NCBI GenBank assembly: GCA_963809485.1
Contig: CAWEJX010000008.1
Coordinates: 512,001 to 576,000, forward strand
Direction: 5' to 3'
Source of the DNA: an uncultured Acidobacteriota bacterium
GTDB taxonomy: Bacteria > Acidobacteriota > UBA6911
Length of the DNA stretch: 64,000 bases
In this document: piece by piece, positions 10,073 through 18,586 of the stretch
How positions within the stretch are numbered: position 1 is the first letter of the stretch
Layout of the letters: the number at the start of each line of letters is the position of its first letter
Notes under the pieces: generated by a model
Database searches by the model: none
What the model saw: the letters and a program-made list of their open reading frames with translations, nothing else
Told to the model about the DNA's origin: nothing
Program-made: the position numbers and the translations under genes

Positions 10073-10396
10073 TCAACGAATCTGTGCAGCGCGCCGCGTC
10101 CAAGCGAGAATAGCTTCTCGAAGCGCCGCATGCAGACTCAATCCCTTTTCCTTAGCCCGTTCTTCCAACAATGCCCAAATAGCTGGAGGGAAACGAACCG
10201 ACCGTGGAACCGTTCCGCCGGTTTCAAGCACTTTCTTCGGACGCCCCCGTCCAACTTGAACCGTAATTCCTTCAGCTGAGATCCGTTTCGCGTAGGGATT
10301 TGGCCGCACATGAGCTTTTGAGAAATCAATCTCAGGCATTGCTTGAAGCGATGCCTTTGATGGCTCTCTTTGATGTTTTTTAGCTGCCTTCTTCAT
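10073..10396 (-). CDS. BrnA/CopG-like antitoxin
   Basis: MPEIDFSKA..NPYA, GRGRP, RSVRFP ribbon-helix-helix; overlaps brnT stop. Confidence 0.75.
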   Translation of the reverse strand: MKKAAKKHQREPSKASLQAMPEIDFSKAHVRPNPYAKRISAEGITVQVGRGRPKKVLETGGTVPRSVRFPPAIWALLEERAKEKGLSLHAALREAILAWTRRAAQIR

Positions 10397-10649
10397 ATTG
10401 TTTCCTTTCATGGGCTGTGGCGCGACGAGCGCTAATAATTCGGATATCATGACCGTCAATCTCTATGAAAACAACCAGGAGCACCCGTTGTTTGATGGAC
10501 TCGCCGATCAATATTGCGCGGTCGCTGTGAATATCATCTGTTACCATCAGCGCTAATGGATCCCAAAAGACTGTAACCGCTTCTTCGAAGGCGATGCAAT
10601 GTTTGCGCAAGTTAGCGATGGCCTTGTTCGGATCCCATGTAAAATGCAT
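10380..10649 (-). CDS. brnT: BrnT family toxin (DUF497)
   Basis: FTWDPNKAIANLRKH.IAFEEA..VF.DP, IRIISARRAT..ER..Y. Confidence 0.92.
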   Translation of the reverse strand: MHFTWDPNKAIANLRKHCIAFEEAVTVFWDPLALMVTDDIHSDRAILIGESIKQRVLLVVFIEIDGHDIRIISARRATAHERKQYEEGS

Positions 10650-10742
10650 GAATTAAGTGTAATACACTAATGGATTATTTTTCAAGCGTGGAAGGTAGAC
10701 TCAGTATCATCGGCTTTATTGACAATCCTAAGGGAGGTTAAA

Positions 10743-10820
10743 TGGTACGCCTGGCAGGGTTCGAACCTGCGACCTTCGGTTCCGGAGACCGACGCTCTAG
10801 TCCAGCTGAGCTACAGGCGC
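10743..10820 (-). tRNA. tRNA-Arg(CCG)
   Basis: GCGCCTG acceptor stem, TAGCTCAGCTGGA D-arm, TCGGT-ctCCGga-ACCGA anticodon arm, GGTTCGAA T-loop, encoded CCA. Confidence 0.97.
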
Positions 10821-10879
10821 ACTTTCAGACTGCTTATAATTACACGGCTACTTGCCTTCTTGCAAGCCGCCTGAAATAA

Positions 10880-10938
10880 AAAACGCCACGGACATCACGG
10901 ATTAAAAAATGTATAATCCGTTCAATCCGTGGCGTTTT
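10880..10938. repeat. AAAACGCCACGG palindrome, copy 2
   Basis: AAAACGCCACGGA / TCCGTGGCGTTTT with inner CGGATTA / TAATCCG; lies between divergent genes. Confidence 0.85.
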
Positions 10939-10958
10939 GCTTATGGGGAGGAGTATTT

Positions 10959-11552
10959 ATGGAAAACAGCAGCCGAAGGAAATTCGTTAAAGACATTACG
11001 GCAATGGCCGCTGTCGGCGCATTGTCCTGCCTGGAAACAGCCCGGCCGGCCGAAAAAGGAAACACTGAAGCGATGGTCGCGCCGTGCGGGCTTTATTGCG
11101 GAGCCTGCCCCATGTACCTTGCGACGCGGGACAACGACCAGCAGAGAATCGATGCCATGCTGAAAATGTTCAACGAGAGGGATCCGAAGCTGACCATGGC
11201 CGACGTGAAATGCGACGGCTGCATCGCCGGGGGCCGCGTCGCCTGGTATTGCCGGCAGTGCGGCATGCGTGAGTGCGCCGAAAGCAAACCGAATGTCACC
11301 CGCTGCCCCGATTGTTCCGAATTTCCCTGTTCCAAAGTCACCAATTTCAACAACGACGGCATGCTGCACCATGCAGAGGTGCTGGAAAATTGCCGCCGCC
11401 TGCGGCAGGTTGGAATCAAGGAGTGGGCGAAACTCGAGGCGGAAAGATGGAGCTGCCCTAAGTGCCACGCGAGCATCGCCTGGTACGACGCTTCCTGCCC
11501 AAAGTGCAGCGCGCCGCGCTCCGAGCGCCTTTTCGCCCTAAAAAAGGCCTAG
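10959..11552 (+). CDS. DUF3795 Cys-rich protein with twin-Arg leader
   Basis: GGAGGAG RBS, SRRKFVK, APCGLYCGACP, CDGC, CPDCSEFPC, C-terminal CPKC..CPKC. Confidence 0.88.
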   Translation: MENSSRRKFVKDITAMAAVGALSCLETARPAEKGNTEAMVAPCGLYCGACPMYLATRDNDQQRIDAMLKMFNERDPKLTMADVKCDGCIAGGRVAWYCRQCGMRECAESKPNVTRCPDCSEFPCSKVTNFNNDGMLHHAEVLENCRRLRQVGIKEWAKLEAERWSCPKCHASIAWYDASCPKCSAPRSERLFALKKA

Positions 11553-11553
11553 C

Positions 11554-11572
11554 CAGGGGGCTTCGCCCCCTG
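11554..11572 (+). terminator. Short hairpin after the DUF3795 gene
   Basis: CAGGGGG-cttcg-CCCCCTG; weak U-tract. Confidence 0.45.
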
Positions 11573-11660
11573 ATATCCCCCCGCGCGCGACACCCGATGG
11601 AATTCGAAGCCATCAAAACGCTCTCTGGGTATTGGAAGCCAATGGTCAGAGTAAATTTTT

Positions 11661-11693
11661 AACTGGGAACTCTGAACTGGAAACTGGGAACTG
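11661..11693. repeat. Heptamer tandem repeat (AACTGGR)n
   Basis: aactggg aactctg aactgga aactggg aactg. Confidence 0.7.
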
Positions 11694-11744
11694 ATTTTCC
11701 CAATAGAAAGCCGCGGATTCCGGAAAATACAAAACATCCTGCTA

Positions 11745-11984
11745 ATTACATTGGAAAAACCCCCGGCTCTGCCGGGGGACTCAGAGAGTTTGACAGCTCC
11801 GTATTTTGAAACGCTGACGTACGCTGACATGACGCCGACGTACGCTGAAAAAATATATAAATTTTTTTCGGCGTGGGTTGGCGTCCGTTCAGCGTGCGTC
11901 GGCGATCAAGACCGGCGTAACTAGTCCAACCGCTTTGAGCGGTTCAAATCTTTCAAGCCTCCGGCTTTGCCGGAGGCACCTGAT
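11745..11984 (+). mobile_element. Non-autonomous IS200/IS605-like mini-element, copy 2 (both ends present)
   Basis: Left hairpin CCCCCGGC-tct-GCCGGGGG, internal ACGCYGA / TCRGCG inverted arrays, AACCGCTTTGAGCGGTT, right hairpin GCCTCCGGC-ttt-GCCGGAGGC; no transposase ORF. Confidence 0.75.
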
Positions 11985-12215
11985 ATCGGCAAATTTCGGT
12001 TTTTGGCATCCGCGGCTCCCTTTCATTCTCTCCTAAGATCCCTCTAATCAGACTCCGATAGACAAAAATCCCTGTTTGGCTTAGGATGCTTGCACGGCAT
12101 AATAAATTTTTTGTGCCCTACCCCCCTTGAAATACAAAAGCAAAGATGCGCGAAGACTGCAATGGCACTGTCGTCGATTTGAGCCGAACACGCACAATAT
12201 GGAGGCAATTGTTCT

Positions 12216-15200
12216 ATGAACCGGATTCGTTTCATCGCCTGCGCCGCAATTTTACTATTGGGGCTCATCGCTTTTTCCCTGCGCCTTCAGGCCGTCGACG
12301 GCAGCTGGACACTGCTGGCCTGGAATAATCTCGGCATGCACTGCATGGACTCGGATTATTCCATCTTTTCCATTCTTCCTCCCTATAACGTCGTCAATGC
12401 CCAATTGATCGATGCAAACGGCAAGCTCCTTCGAAATCCCGCAGGGGTCACCGTGACCTATGAAGCGGTCCTGGATCCCGACGGTTCGATCAATTCAACA
12501 TCGGCAGGCAAGACCAACTTCTGGAACTACGTCGCCAGCTTTTTCGGTATTTCGCTGCCGGTCGACGCCGGCCTTGCCGGATTCAACATGCCCGGCTTGC
12601 AGAACGTTCCGCAAGCCATGGCCTATGATCCGGCCATTGGCGGATTCACGGCCGACGGCGTTCCCGTAACCCCCTTTGACAACGCCGGCGTAAAGAACTT
12701 TTATCCCCTGTTCCATCTGGTTGCCCGCAACACCTCCGGAAGCATACTGGCGACAACGGATGTCGTGCTTCCAGTTTCCGATGAAATGGACTGCCGCTCC
12801 TGTCACGCCTCCGACTCCTCTGCCGCTGCCCGTCCGTCTGCCGGCTGGATCCATAATCCGGATGCGGAACGGGATTACCGGCTGAACATCCTGCTCAAGC
12901 ATGACGAGCATATTGGCAATTCTGCTTTATACCGGAACGCCCTCGATACCGCCGGTTATCGCCAGGATGGATTGTATGCAACGGTCACACAGGGCGGCAC
13001 GCCAATCCTTTGCGCCCGTTGTCACCGCTCCAACGCGCTGCCCGGAACAGGACTCAGCGGCATCGCGCCTCTGACGCAGGTGGTTCATTCGCTGCACGCC
13101 ACCGTCACGGATCCGACCAACGGTCAGACGTTGAACAGCAGTTCCAACCGGACGGCATGCTATCGATGCCACCCCGGCTCCGAGACTCGCTGCCTGCGCG
13201 GTGCCATGGGGATGTCGGTGGACTCCGGCGGGTCCCTGGCCATCCAGTGCCAGAATTGTCATGGATTGATGAGCGCGGTCGGTTCTGCAAGCCGTGAAGG
13301 TTGGCTCCATGAGCCGGCATGTCAGAGCTGCCATACCGGAACTGCAACCCAGAACAGCGGCCAGATCCGCTATACATCGGCATTGGACTCCAACGGGATC
13401 CCGCGCATAGCCGCCAATAACACTTTTGCCACGAATGCGAATACTCCTGCCGCCGGGCTTTCGTTATATCGTTTCTCCAAGGGTCATGGGAGTCTGCAGT
13501 GCTCGGCTTGCCACAACTCCACCCATGCGGAGTTGCCGTCAACCGTCCGCAATGACAACATCCAGAGCCTGCAGATCCAGGGGCACACGGGCACAATTTC
13601 CGATTGCATCAACTGTCACAACACCCAGCCGCGCACCGTGACCGGTGGGCCGCACGGGATGCATCCCGTCGACCAGCAGTGGGCCAATGGTCATGAAGAT
13701 GTGGTCGAAAATAGCGGATCGTCCCAATGCCGGACCTGCCACGGCACGGACTACCGCGGCACAGTGCTGTCACGATCGCTTGGGGACCGCGATATTTCAA
13801 CCGAATTCGGGGTAAAGAAGTTCTGGCGCGGCTTCCAGACCGGCTGCTATACCTGTCACAATGGCCCGGACAGCGACGATGCCAACCGGAACCGTGCGCC
13901 GGTTGCCGCCAATACATCCGCGTCCACCACATCCGGAGTTCCCGTCAATATCTCGCTCAATGTCTCGGATGCGGACAACAACGCCCTGCAGTTGCGCATC
14001 GTGTCCCAGCCCGCGCATGGAACGGTGGCGCTCAACAACAGGACAGCCACCTTCATACCCAATGCCGGCTATGCCGGGACCGACAGCTTCACCTACGCCG
14101 CCTGGGACGGATCAACCCAGTCCAATCTTGGAACCGTCGCCCTGAACGTCGCCAGCGAATTTTTCGTCCCTCTGTATCTTGGCGATGCTAATTCCTTCAC
14201 GGGTTTTGCCGTATCGAATTTCGGGGCTGTGGGAGCCGAGGTGCAGTTCACCGCCTATGCTGCCAACGGCACAAAGCTTCCCTTCCCCGGCAACCCGTCT
14301 TCTTACATGATTGCGCCTCGGGCGCAACTTGCGCTCCTCGGCCATGAAATCTTTGGCATTCCCTTCACGACTCCCCAAAACGGATGGGTCAGGATTTCCG
14401 GCAGCGTTCCGGACGTCGGCGGCTTGTATCAAATCGGCGATTATGCGGGCCGCCTGCTCGACGGCGCGGCTGCGGATACCCAAACGGCGCGCGTTTTGAG
14501 GTTCACCAGGGTGTATGAAGGAGCGGGCGCATTTCGAGGCCAAAGCGCAAGCACATTTCTGAGCATTGCCAACCCGAATTCTGCTTCGGTCACCATAAAT
14601 CTTAACCTGCGCGGGCCTCAGTCGAATCAGGCGCTCGCCCCGCAACAGACGGTGTCCCTCCCCGGTAACGGAGTTCTCTCGGGCACTGTGGCCGAGATCT
14701 TCAATCCGACGCTGCCGGTAACGAACGGTTGGGTGGATGTCCAGGTAACTGCCGGGGACGGGGTGGCAGGTTTTGAAATGGTCCGATTCCCCGATGTGGG
14801 AACCGTGGTCGGTCTTGCCGGAAACAGCGGCGACGCGCCCAATCAGTCCTATTCGGCCCAATTGGCGGTCACCCCCGACTATTTCACCCATCTGAAACTC
14901 ATCAACACGAGTAACCTTGCCCGTACGGTCAACCTGCACGCCGTTGCCGAGAACGGCGCGGATCTCGTGGCGCCTGTGGCCGTCCATCTCGAATCGGGAC
15001 AGTCTCTCGAACAAAGCGCAGATCAGCTCTTAGGCCTGGTTTCACCCGCTGTGGGTTCTCTGAAGGTTGATGCGGATGGTCCTGGAATCATCGGCGATGT
15101 TCTGTTCGGTGACCCGACGACGCTCACCTTTGCCGCTTCCTGCGCATTGGAGAGCCGGAAATTCAGAGCGGCCGTATTCAGCCACGTAGCCAACGATTCT

Positions 15201-15482
15201 TATTATTTCACCGGACTGGCCGTGCTCAATCCGACCAGCAGGACTGCTTCAATTACCCTGGATGTCTATACCGTATCGGGGCAGAAGACCGGATCGGTTG
15301 TGATGCAGCTCGGGCCGGGACAGCGCTTTTCGAAGCTGCTTACTGAGCTCCTGCCCGTTTCTGCAGGACAGATGAAAGGCTTCATTTCGCTCACGTCGGA
15401 TCAGCCTATACTTGCGCAGGAGCTCTTCGGCGACAAGAGCCTGAGTTTCCTTTCGGCTGTTCCGCCCAAAATTGTCCGATGA
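12216..15482 (+). CDS. Secreted multiheme cytochrome c (9 CxxCH) with cadherin-like Ig domain and C-terminal beta-sandwich repeats
   Basis: Signal peptide; CRSCH, CARCH, CYRCH, CQNCH, CQSCH, CSACH, CINCH, CRTCH, CYTCH; APVA...PAHGTV...GTDSFTY Ig-like unit. Confidence 0.92.
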   Translation: MNRIRFIACAAILLLGLIAFSLRLQAVDGSWTLLAWNNLGMHCMDSDYSIFSILPPYNVVNAQLIDANGKLLRNPAGVTVTYEAVLDPDGSINSTSAGKTNFWNYVASFFGISLPVDAGLAGFNMPGLQNVPQAMAYDPAIGGFTADGVPVTPFDNAGVKNFYPLFHLVARNTSGSILATTDVVLPVSDEMDCRSCHASDSSAAARPSAGWIHNPDAERDYRLNILLKHDEHIGNSALYRNALDTAGYRQDGLYATVTQGGTPILCARCHRSNALPGTGLSGIAPLTQVVHSLHATVTDPTNGQTLNSSSNRTACYRCHPGSETRCLRGAMGMSVDSGGSLAIQCQNCHGLMSAVGSASREGWLHEPACQSCHTGTATQNSGQIRYTSALDSNGIPRIAANNTFATNANTPAAGLSLYRFSKGHGSLQCSACHNSTHAELPSTVRNDNIQSLQIQGHTGTISDCINCHNTQPRTVTGGPHGMHPVDQQWANGHEDVVENSGSSQCRTCHGTDYRGTVLSRSLGDRDISTEFGVKKFWRGFQTGCYTCHNGPDSDDANRNRAPVAANTSASTTSGVPVNISLNVSDADNNALQLRIVSQPAHGTVALNNRTATFIPNAGYAGTDSFTYAAWDGSTQSNLGTVALNVASEFFVPLYLGDANSFTGFAVSNFGAVGAEVQFTAYAANGTKLPFPGNPSSYMIAPRAQLALLGHEIFGIPFTTPQNGWVRISGSVPDVGGLYQIGDYAGRLLDGAAADTQTARVLRFTRVYEGAGAFRGQSASTFLSIANPNSASVTINLNLRGPQSNQALAPQQTVSLPGNGVLSGTVAEIFNPTLPVTNGWVDVQVTAGDGVAGFEMVRFPDVGTVVGLAGNSGDAPNQSYSAQLAVTPDYFTHLKLINTSNLARTVNLHAVAENGADLVAPVAVHLESGQSLEQSADQLLGLVSPAVGSLKVDADGPGIIGDVLFGDPTTLTFAASCALESRKFRAAVFSHVANDSYYFTGLAVLNPTSRTASITLDVYTVSGQKTGSVVMQLGPGQRFSKLLTELLPVSAGQMKGFISLTSDQPILAQELFGDKSLSFLSAVPPKIVR

Positions 15483-15544
15483 TACAGGCAGCTACGGCTG
15501 CAAACCGGCCAGGAAACGCCGGAAATTCCGCGAACGATAGTATT

Positions 15545-15675
15545 GCTACATCACATTGGTAAATCCCCGGCTCTGCCGGGAGACCCAAAGAGTTTGACAG
15601 TTCCGTATTTTGAAACGCTGAGAAACGCTGATAAAAGCGCTGACAAACGCCGATTTGTTCGGCGAGGGTCGGCGA
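15545..15675 (+). mobile_element. Mini-element copy 3 (left end and core only)
   Basis: CCCCGGCTCTGCCGGGAGAC..AGAGTTTGACAGTTCCGTATTTTGAAACGCTGA; core matches copy 1. Confidence 0.72.
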
Positions 15676-16046
15676 GCAAAAGCCGATGAGGCGCTTCCGA
15701 TGGCGTTTTCCTTTTCACCCGCAGCAGGATCGAGGCCTCGCATTTTGGACATCACATCCAGGCGCATACGTTCCGCACCCGGAGCCATACACCGAAAATG
15801 GACGGCATGACCGCGCTGGAGATAGCTCGCGTCGAATGGAGGGACTCCGATTGGCTCAGCCTTCAGGTCTGCCAGGGCCTTTTGCAGACAGGCCAGGTTT
15901 CGTGGATCGGCCAGGATCGCCAGATCGATGTCGCGGCTAAATTCGGCTACGCCGTATAATACGCATGCCTGGCCTCCCATAAGGAGGGCATATACCCGGT
16001 GCCTTCGGATCGAAGAAAGGACTTTGCGTATCGGATTCGGGATCAA
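15676..16046 (-). pseudogene. Truncated nucleotidyltransferase (TA-like pair with upstream small gene)
   Basis: LLMGGQACVLYG..FSRDIDL NTase signature; internally deleted, and the ORF tail reads into the mini-element. Confidence 0.7.
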
Positions 16047-16176
16047 GCGATCCTCCCAATGTCAGGAAGGAATGCCACAGTTTCGCGGTTTCACGCCAAC
16101 GTGGGACAGGGGTTAATCGATACCATTCCGACCACTCTTCTCCGACCAACTCCTCTGCCGATACCATGGACTGCAA
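15937..16176 (-). CDS. Small hypothetical protein upstream of the nucleotidyltransferase
   Basis: EWSEWYRLTP..RW...LW..FL.LGGSLDPESDTQSPFF; overlaps the NTase start. Confidence 0.65.
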   Translation of the reverse strand: MQSMVSAEELVGEEWSEWYRLTPVPRWRETAKLWHSFLTLGGSLDPESDTQSPFFDPKAPGICPPYGRPGMRIIRRSRI

Positions 16177-16449
16177 TGATGCCCAAACGGTGCCGGGAGC
16201 TCAAGTGAAGAATCATCCTATCCAGCCACGTATACTCTTGCTTCCAGTGAGGCCGGCTCAGGAGTGCACCTTAAATTGGTTGCAGTCGCCGGTAACGCTA
16301 TTGCTCAGCGTCATTGCCCTCACCGGTTCTGTGGTTACTTAGCCCGAATTGCCTGAATTTGGGGAGGCCGTCATGATATTGGGATCCGCCCCACACAGCT
16401 CGCCCAGGCCAATTGTGGGATTATTGCAGACGATAGGGGTCGGCCTGCC

Positions 16450-16832
16450 TTACCAGGCCCTTTTTACAAGCAAATCGGGCATAGGATAATGCTTTTTATT
16501 CAGGCAATAAATTTGACCGCCTGACTGAATTGCAGTGGCCGCCAGAATGGCATCATTGATATCGAGCCCATGGCTCGGATGCCATCGTCTGTAAAGAGAT
16601 GCCGCCTGGTCGATGACGCCTTGATCCACCACGGCAGTTTTGAATTGCGACAGGAATAGGAGTGTAGCATCCTCCTCTTCCGGGCGCATGAAGAAGACGA
16701 CCTGTGCGCTGCATTGCACTTGTCCATCATTACATTCGCCCTGTCGTCGCGAACCCGTTTCAGAAAATCCAGAGCCTGCACATCTCCCCTCAGGTGACAA
16801 ATGAGAACATCCGCATCGATGTAGGCCCTCAT
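16450..16832 (-). pseudogene. PIN-domain (VapC-like) toxin, frameshifted
   Basis: MRAYIDADVLI in one frame, DINDAILAATA...LNKKHYPM in another; indels near 16700-16735. Confidence 0.8.
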
Positions 16833-17086
16833 TTCCGGCGCCTCTCCATCGACTTGCGAAAAGTTTTCCGCGCTTCCTCCACAATTTGGCCCGCCGACTC
16901 CTTCCTGCGCCACACGCCGCAGGTCTGTTCGAAGATGTCGAACTTCTCCTCCCGGTCGATCTTGTCGGCGTAGTTTTGAATGGCGTCTTCGATGATGCGC
17001 TTTTTGGAAGTGCGCAGCCGTCTGGCTAGTGAACCTATGCGCTGGATCACAGATTCCTCCAATCGTGCTGAAAGTATCTTATCCAT
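16829..17086 (-). CDS. Ribbon-helix-helix antitoxin
   Basis: KILSARLEE...SKKRIIEDAI; ATGA overlap with the PIN gene; palindrome CTTACGTAAG upstream. Confidence 0.75.
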   Translation of the reverse strand: MDKILSARLEESVIQRIGSLARRLRTSKKRIIEDAIQNYADKIDREEKFDIFEQTCGVWRRKESAGQIVEEARKTFRKSMERRRK

Positions 17087-17249
17087 CTCCCGTCTCCTAT
17101 TCTTACGTAAGTAATATAACGTAAGATCAACTTAAAGGCAAATATTCAAATCGGGAATCCTTGTCTGGAGGAAACCGAGCAGGAGGTCACTCTTTAGGGA
17201 AATACGCGACCATTCGTCGTTGGTTTTTTTGCATTGCTACCCGATTTCA

Positions 17250-17512
17250 AGATTCAGGAATTGCATAACGGGGAAGCCCGCATCCTGCCGCGCGGCCAGG
17301 TGGAAACCTATCAGACCGCGGAATTCCTCCCCGATGGCCGCCGTATTGTGTTCGTCGGCGCCGAGCATGGGCATCCGCAGCGCATATGGATTCAGGAGCT
17401 TCCGGCCGGCGCGCTGATCGCCACCTTCTTTGTTACACGCGACATGCGCAGTTATGCATACGGCTACTTCCGCATTCTCGACGACCTCTACCTCGTGGAA
17501 GGGCTAAGATAG
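17250..17512 (+). pseudogene. C-terminal fragment of a beta-propeller (PD40-like) kinase-type protein
   Basis: FLPDGRRIVF...RIWIQ and terminal RSYAYGYFRILDDLYLVEGLR; no N-terminus, internally collapsed. Confidence 0.55.
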
Positions 17513-17580
17513 AAAGGCGGGGAACGCCGTCCCGGCGCCGCTTTCGGCCCTTGGCCGCGAGCTTTGGACAGTAGATCTGA

Positions 17581-17671
17581 TCGGATTAACGAATCCAATA
17601 AATAATTCAGCGTTCGTCGGCGTTTCCCTCAGCGTGAGTCAGCGTTACCAAAGCTGATGAATCCCTGGATG
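17581..17671 (+). repeat. ~90-bp direct repeat A (TCRGCGT periodic core)
   Basis: 17604-17647 is identical over 44 bp to 24905-24948; flanks similar. Confidence 0.9.
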
Positions 17672-18527
17672 CGTCTCTGCCAAGAGCGCATATCTGGCGG
17701 GTCCGGACCTATGTTAGCGACCGAAACCAACCCTACAAGGTCTACGACTATACTCCGACCCTGAGTCGCGACGATCCTGATGCCTACATGAAAGACTTTC
17801 ACGGCTATCTGCAGGTGGATGCCTATTCCGGCTACGACGAGCTATTCCGGGACCGGAACCGTGACATCCCTGAGGTCGCCCTTGGGGCTCCTGCGAGCCG
17901 GCATTATTTTGAAGCGCAATTCTCGGACCTGATGCATTTGACCGTGATATTGGCCCACATACGTCTGCCGTATAACGTCGCGCGAGAAGCCCGAACCATG
18001 GGACTGACCGGCGAGGCCAGAAAAGCCCTGCGCCAGGCCAAATCCATACCAATACTTGAGGACATTGGGGTCCGATATCCAGCGTGAACAGATCGCGGTC
18101 TTACCCAAAAGTCCTGAGGGCATGGCTATCTCATACACGTTATCAAACTGGTACGCACTGGTGCGCTACTGCAACAATGGCAACCTGGAGATCGATAACC
18201 TTGGTTCCGAGCTCAGCCTGCGGGGTGTCGCAGCGGGGAGAAAAAACTGGAATTTTTACGGAAGCGATAGGGGAGGAAGAACTACCGCGGTATTTGCGAG
18301 TATCACAGCCATAGGCAAACGCCTGCGCATGGATCCATTTCAATGCCTGCGCGACGTCTTCCAAAGTATCAGCACATATCCTCAAAACGATCTCGAAGAG
18401 TTACAGCCCGACAGGTGGAGAGCCGCACGGGCGGTCGCAAACACGCATTCCTAATCCAGCACAGTTTGCGGGTTGCCAATTCCACGAAACGCAGACAATG
18501 CCAGGTTTGTGTTCACCGAGCGCATAC
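17665..18527 (+). mobile_element. IS66-family remnant (3' half of tnpC, frameshifted, with right end)
   Basis: GYLQVDAYSGY, LPKSP.G.AISY.L.NW, LEIDN..E..LR.VA.GRKNW.F.GS; ends GTTCACCGAGCGCATAC. Confidence 0.9.
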
Positions 18528-18586
18528 GTACGGTGACGTTGTTGTGGATCAATTACAATTAGAGATGTATATATGCGCATCCTCCT

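Noticed and set aside
10073-10820. tRNA-anchored genomic island or prophage
   Set aside because: No integrase, and no duplicate of the tRNA 3' end seen within the window.
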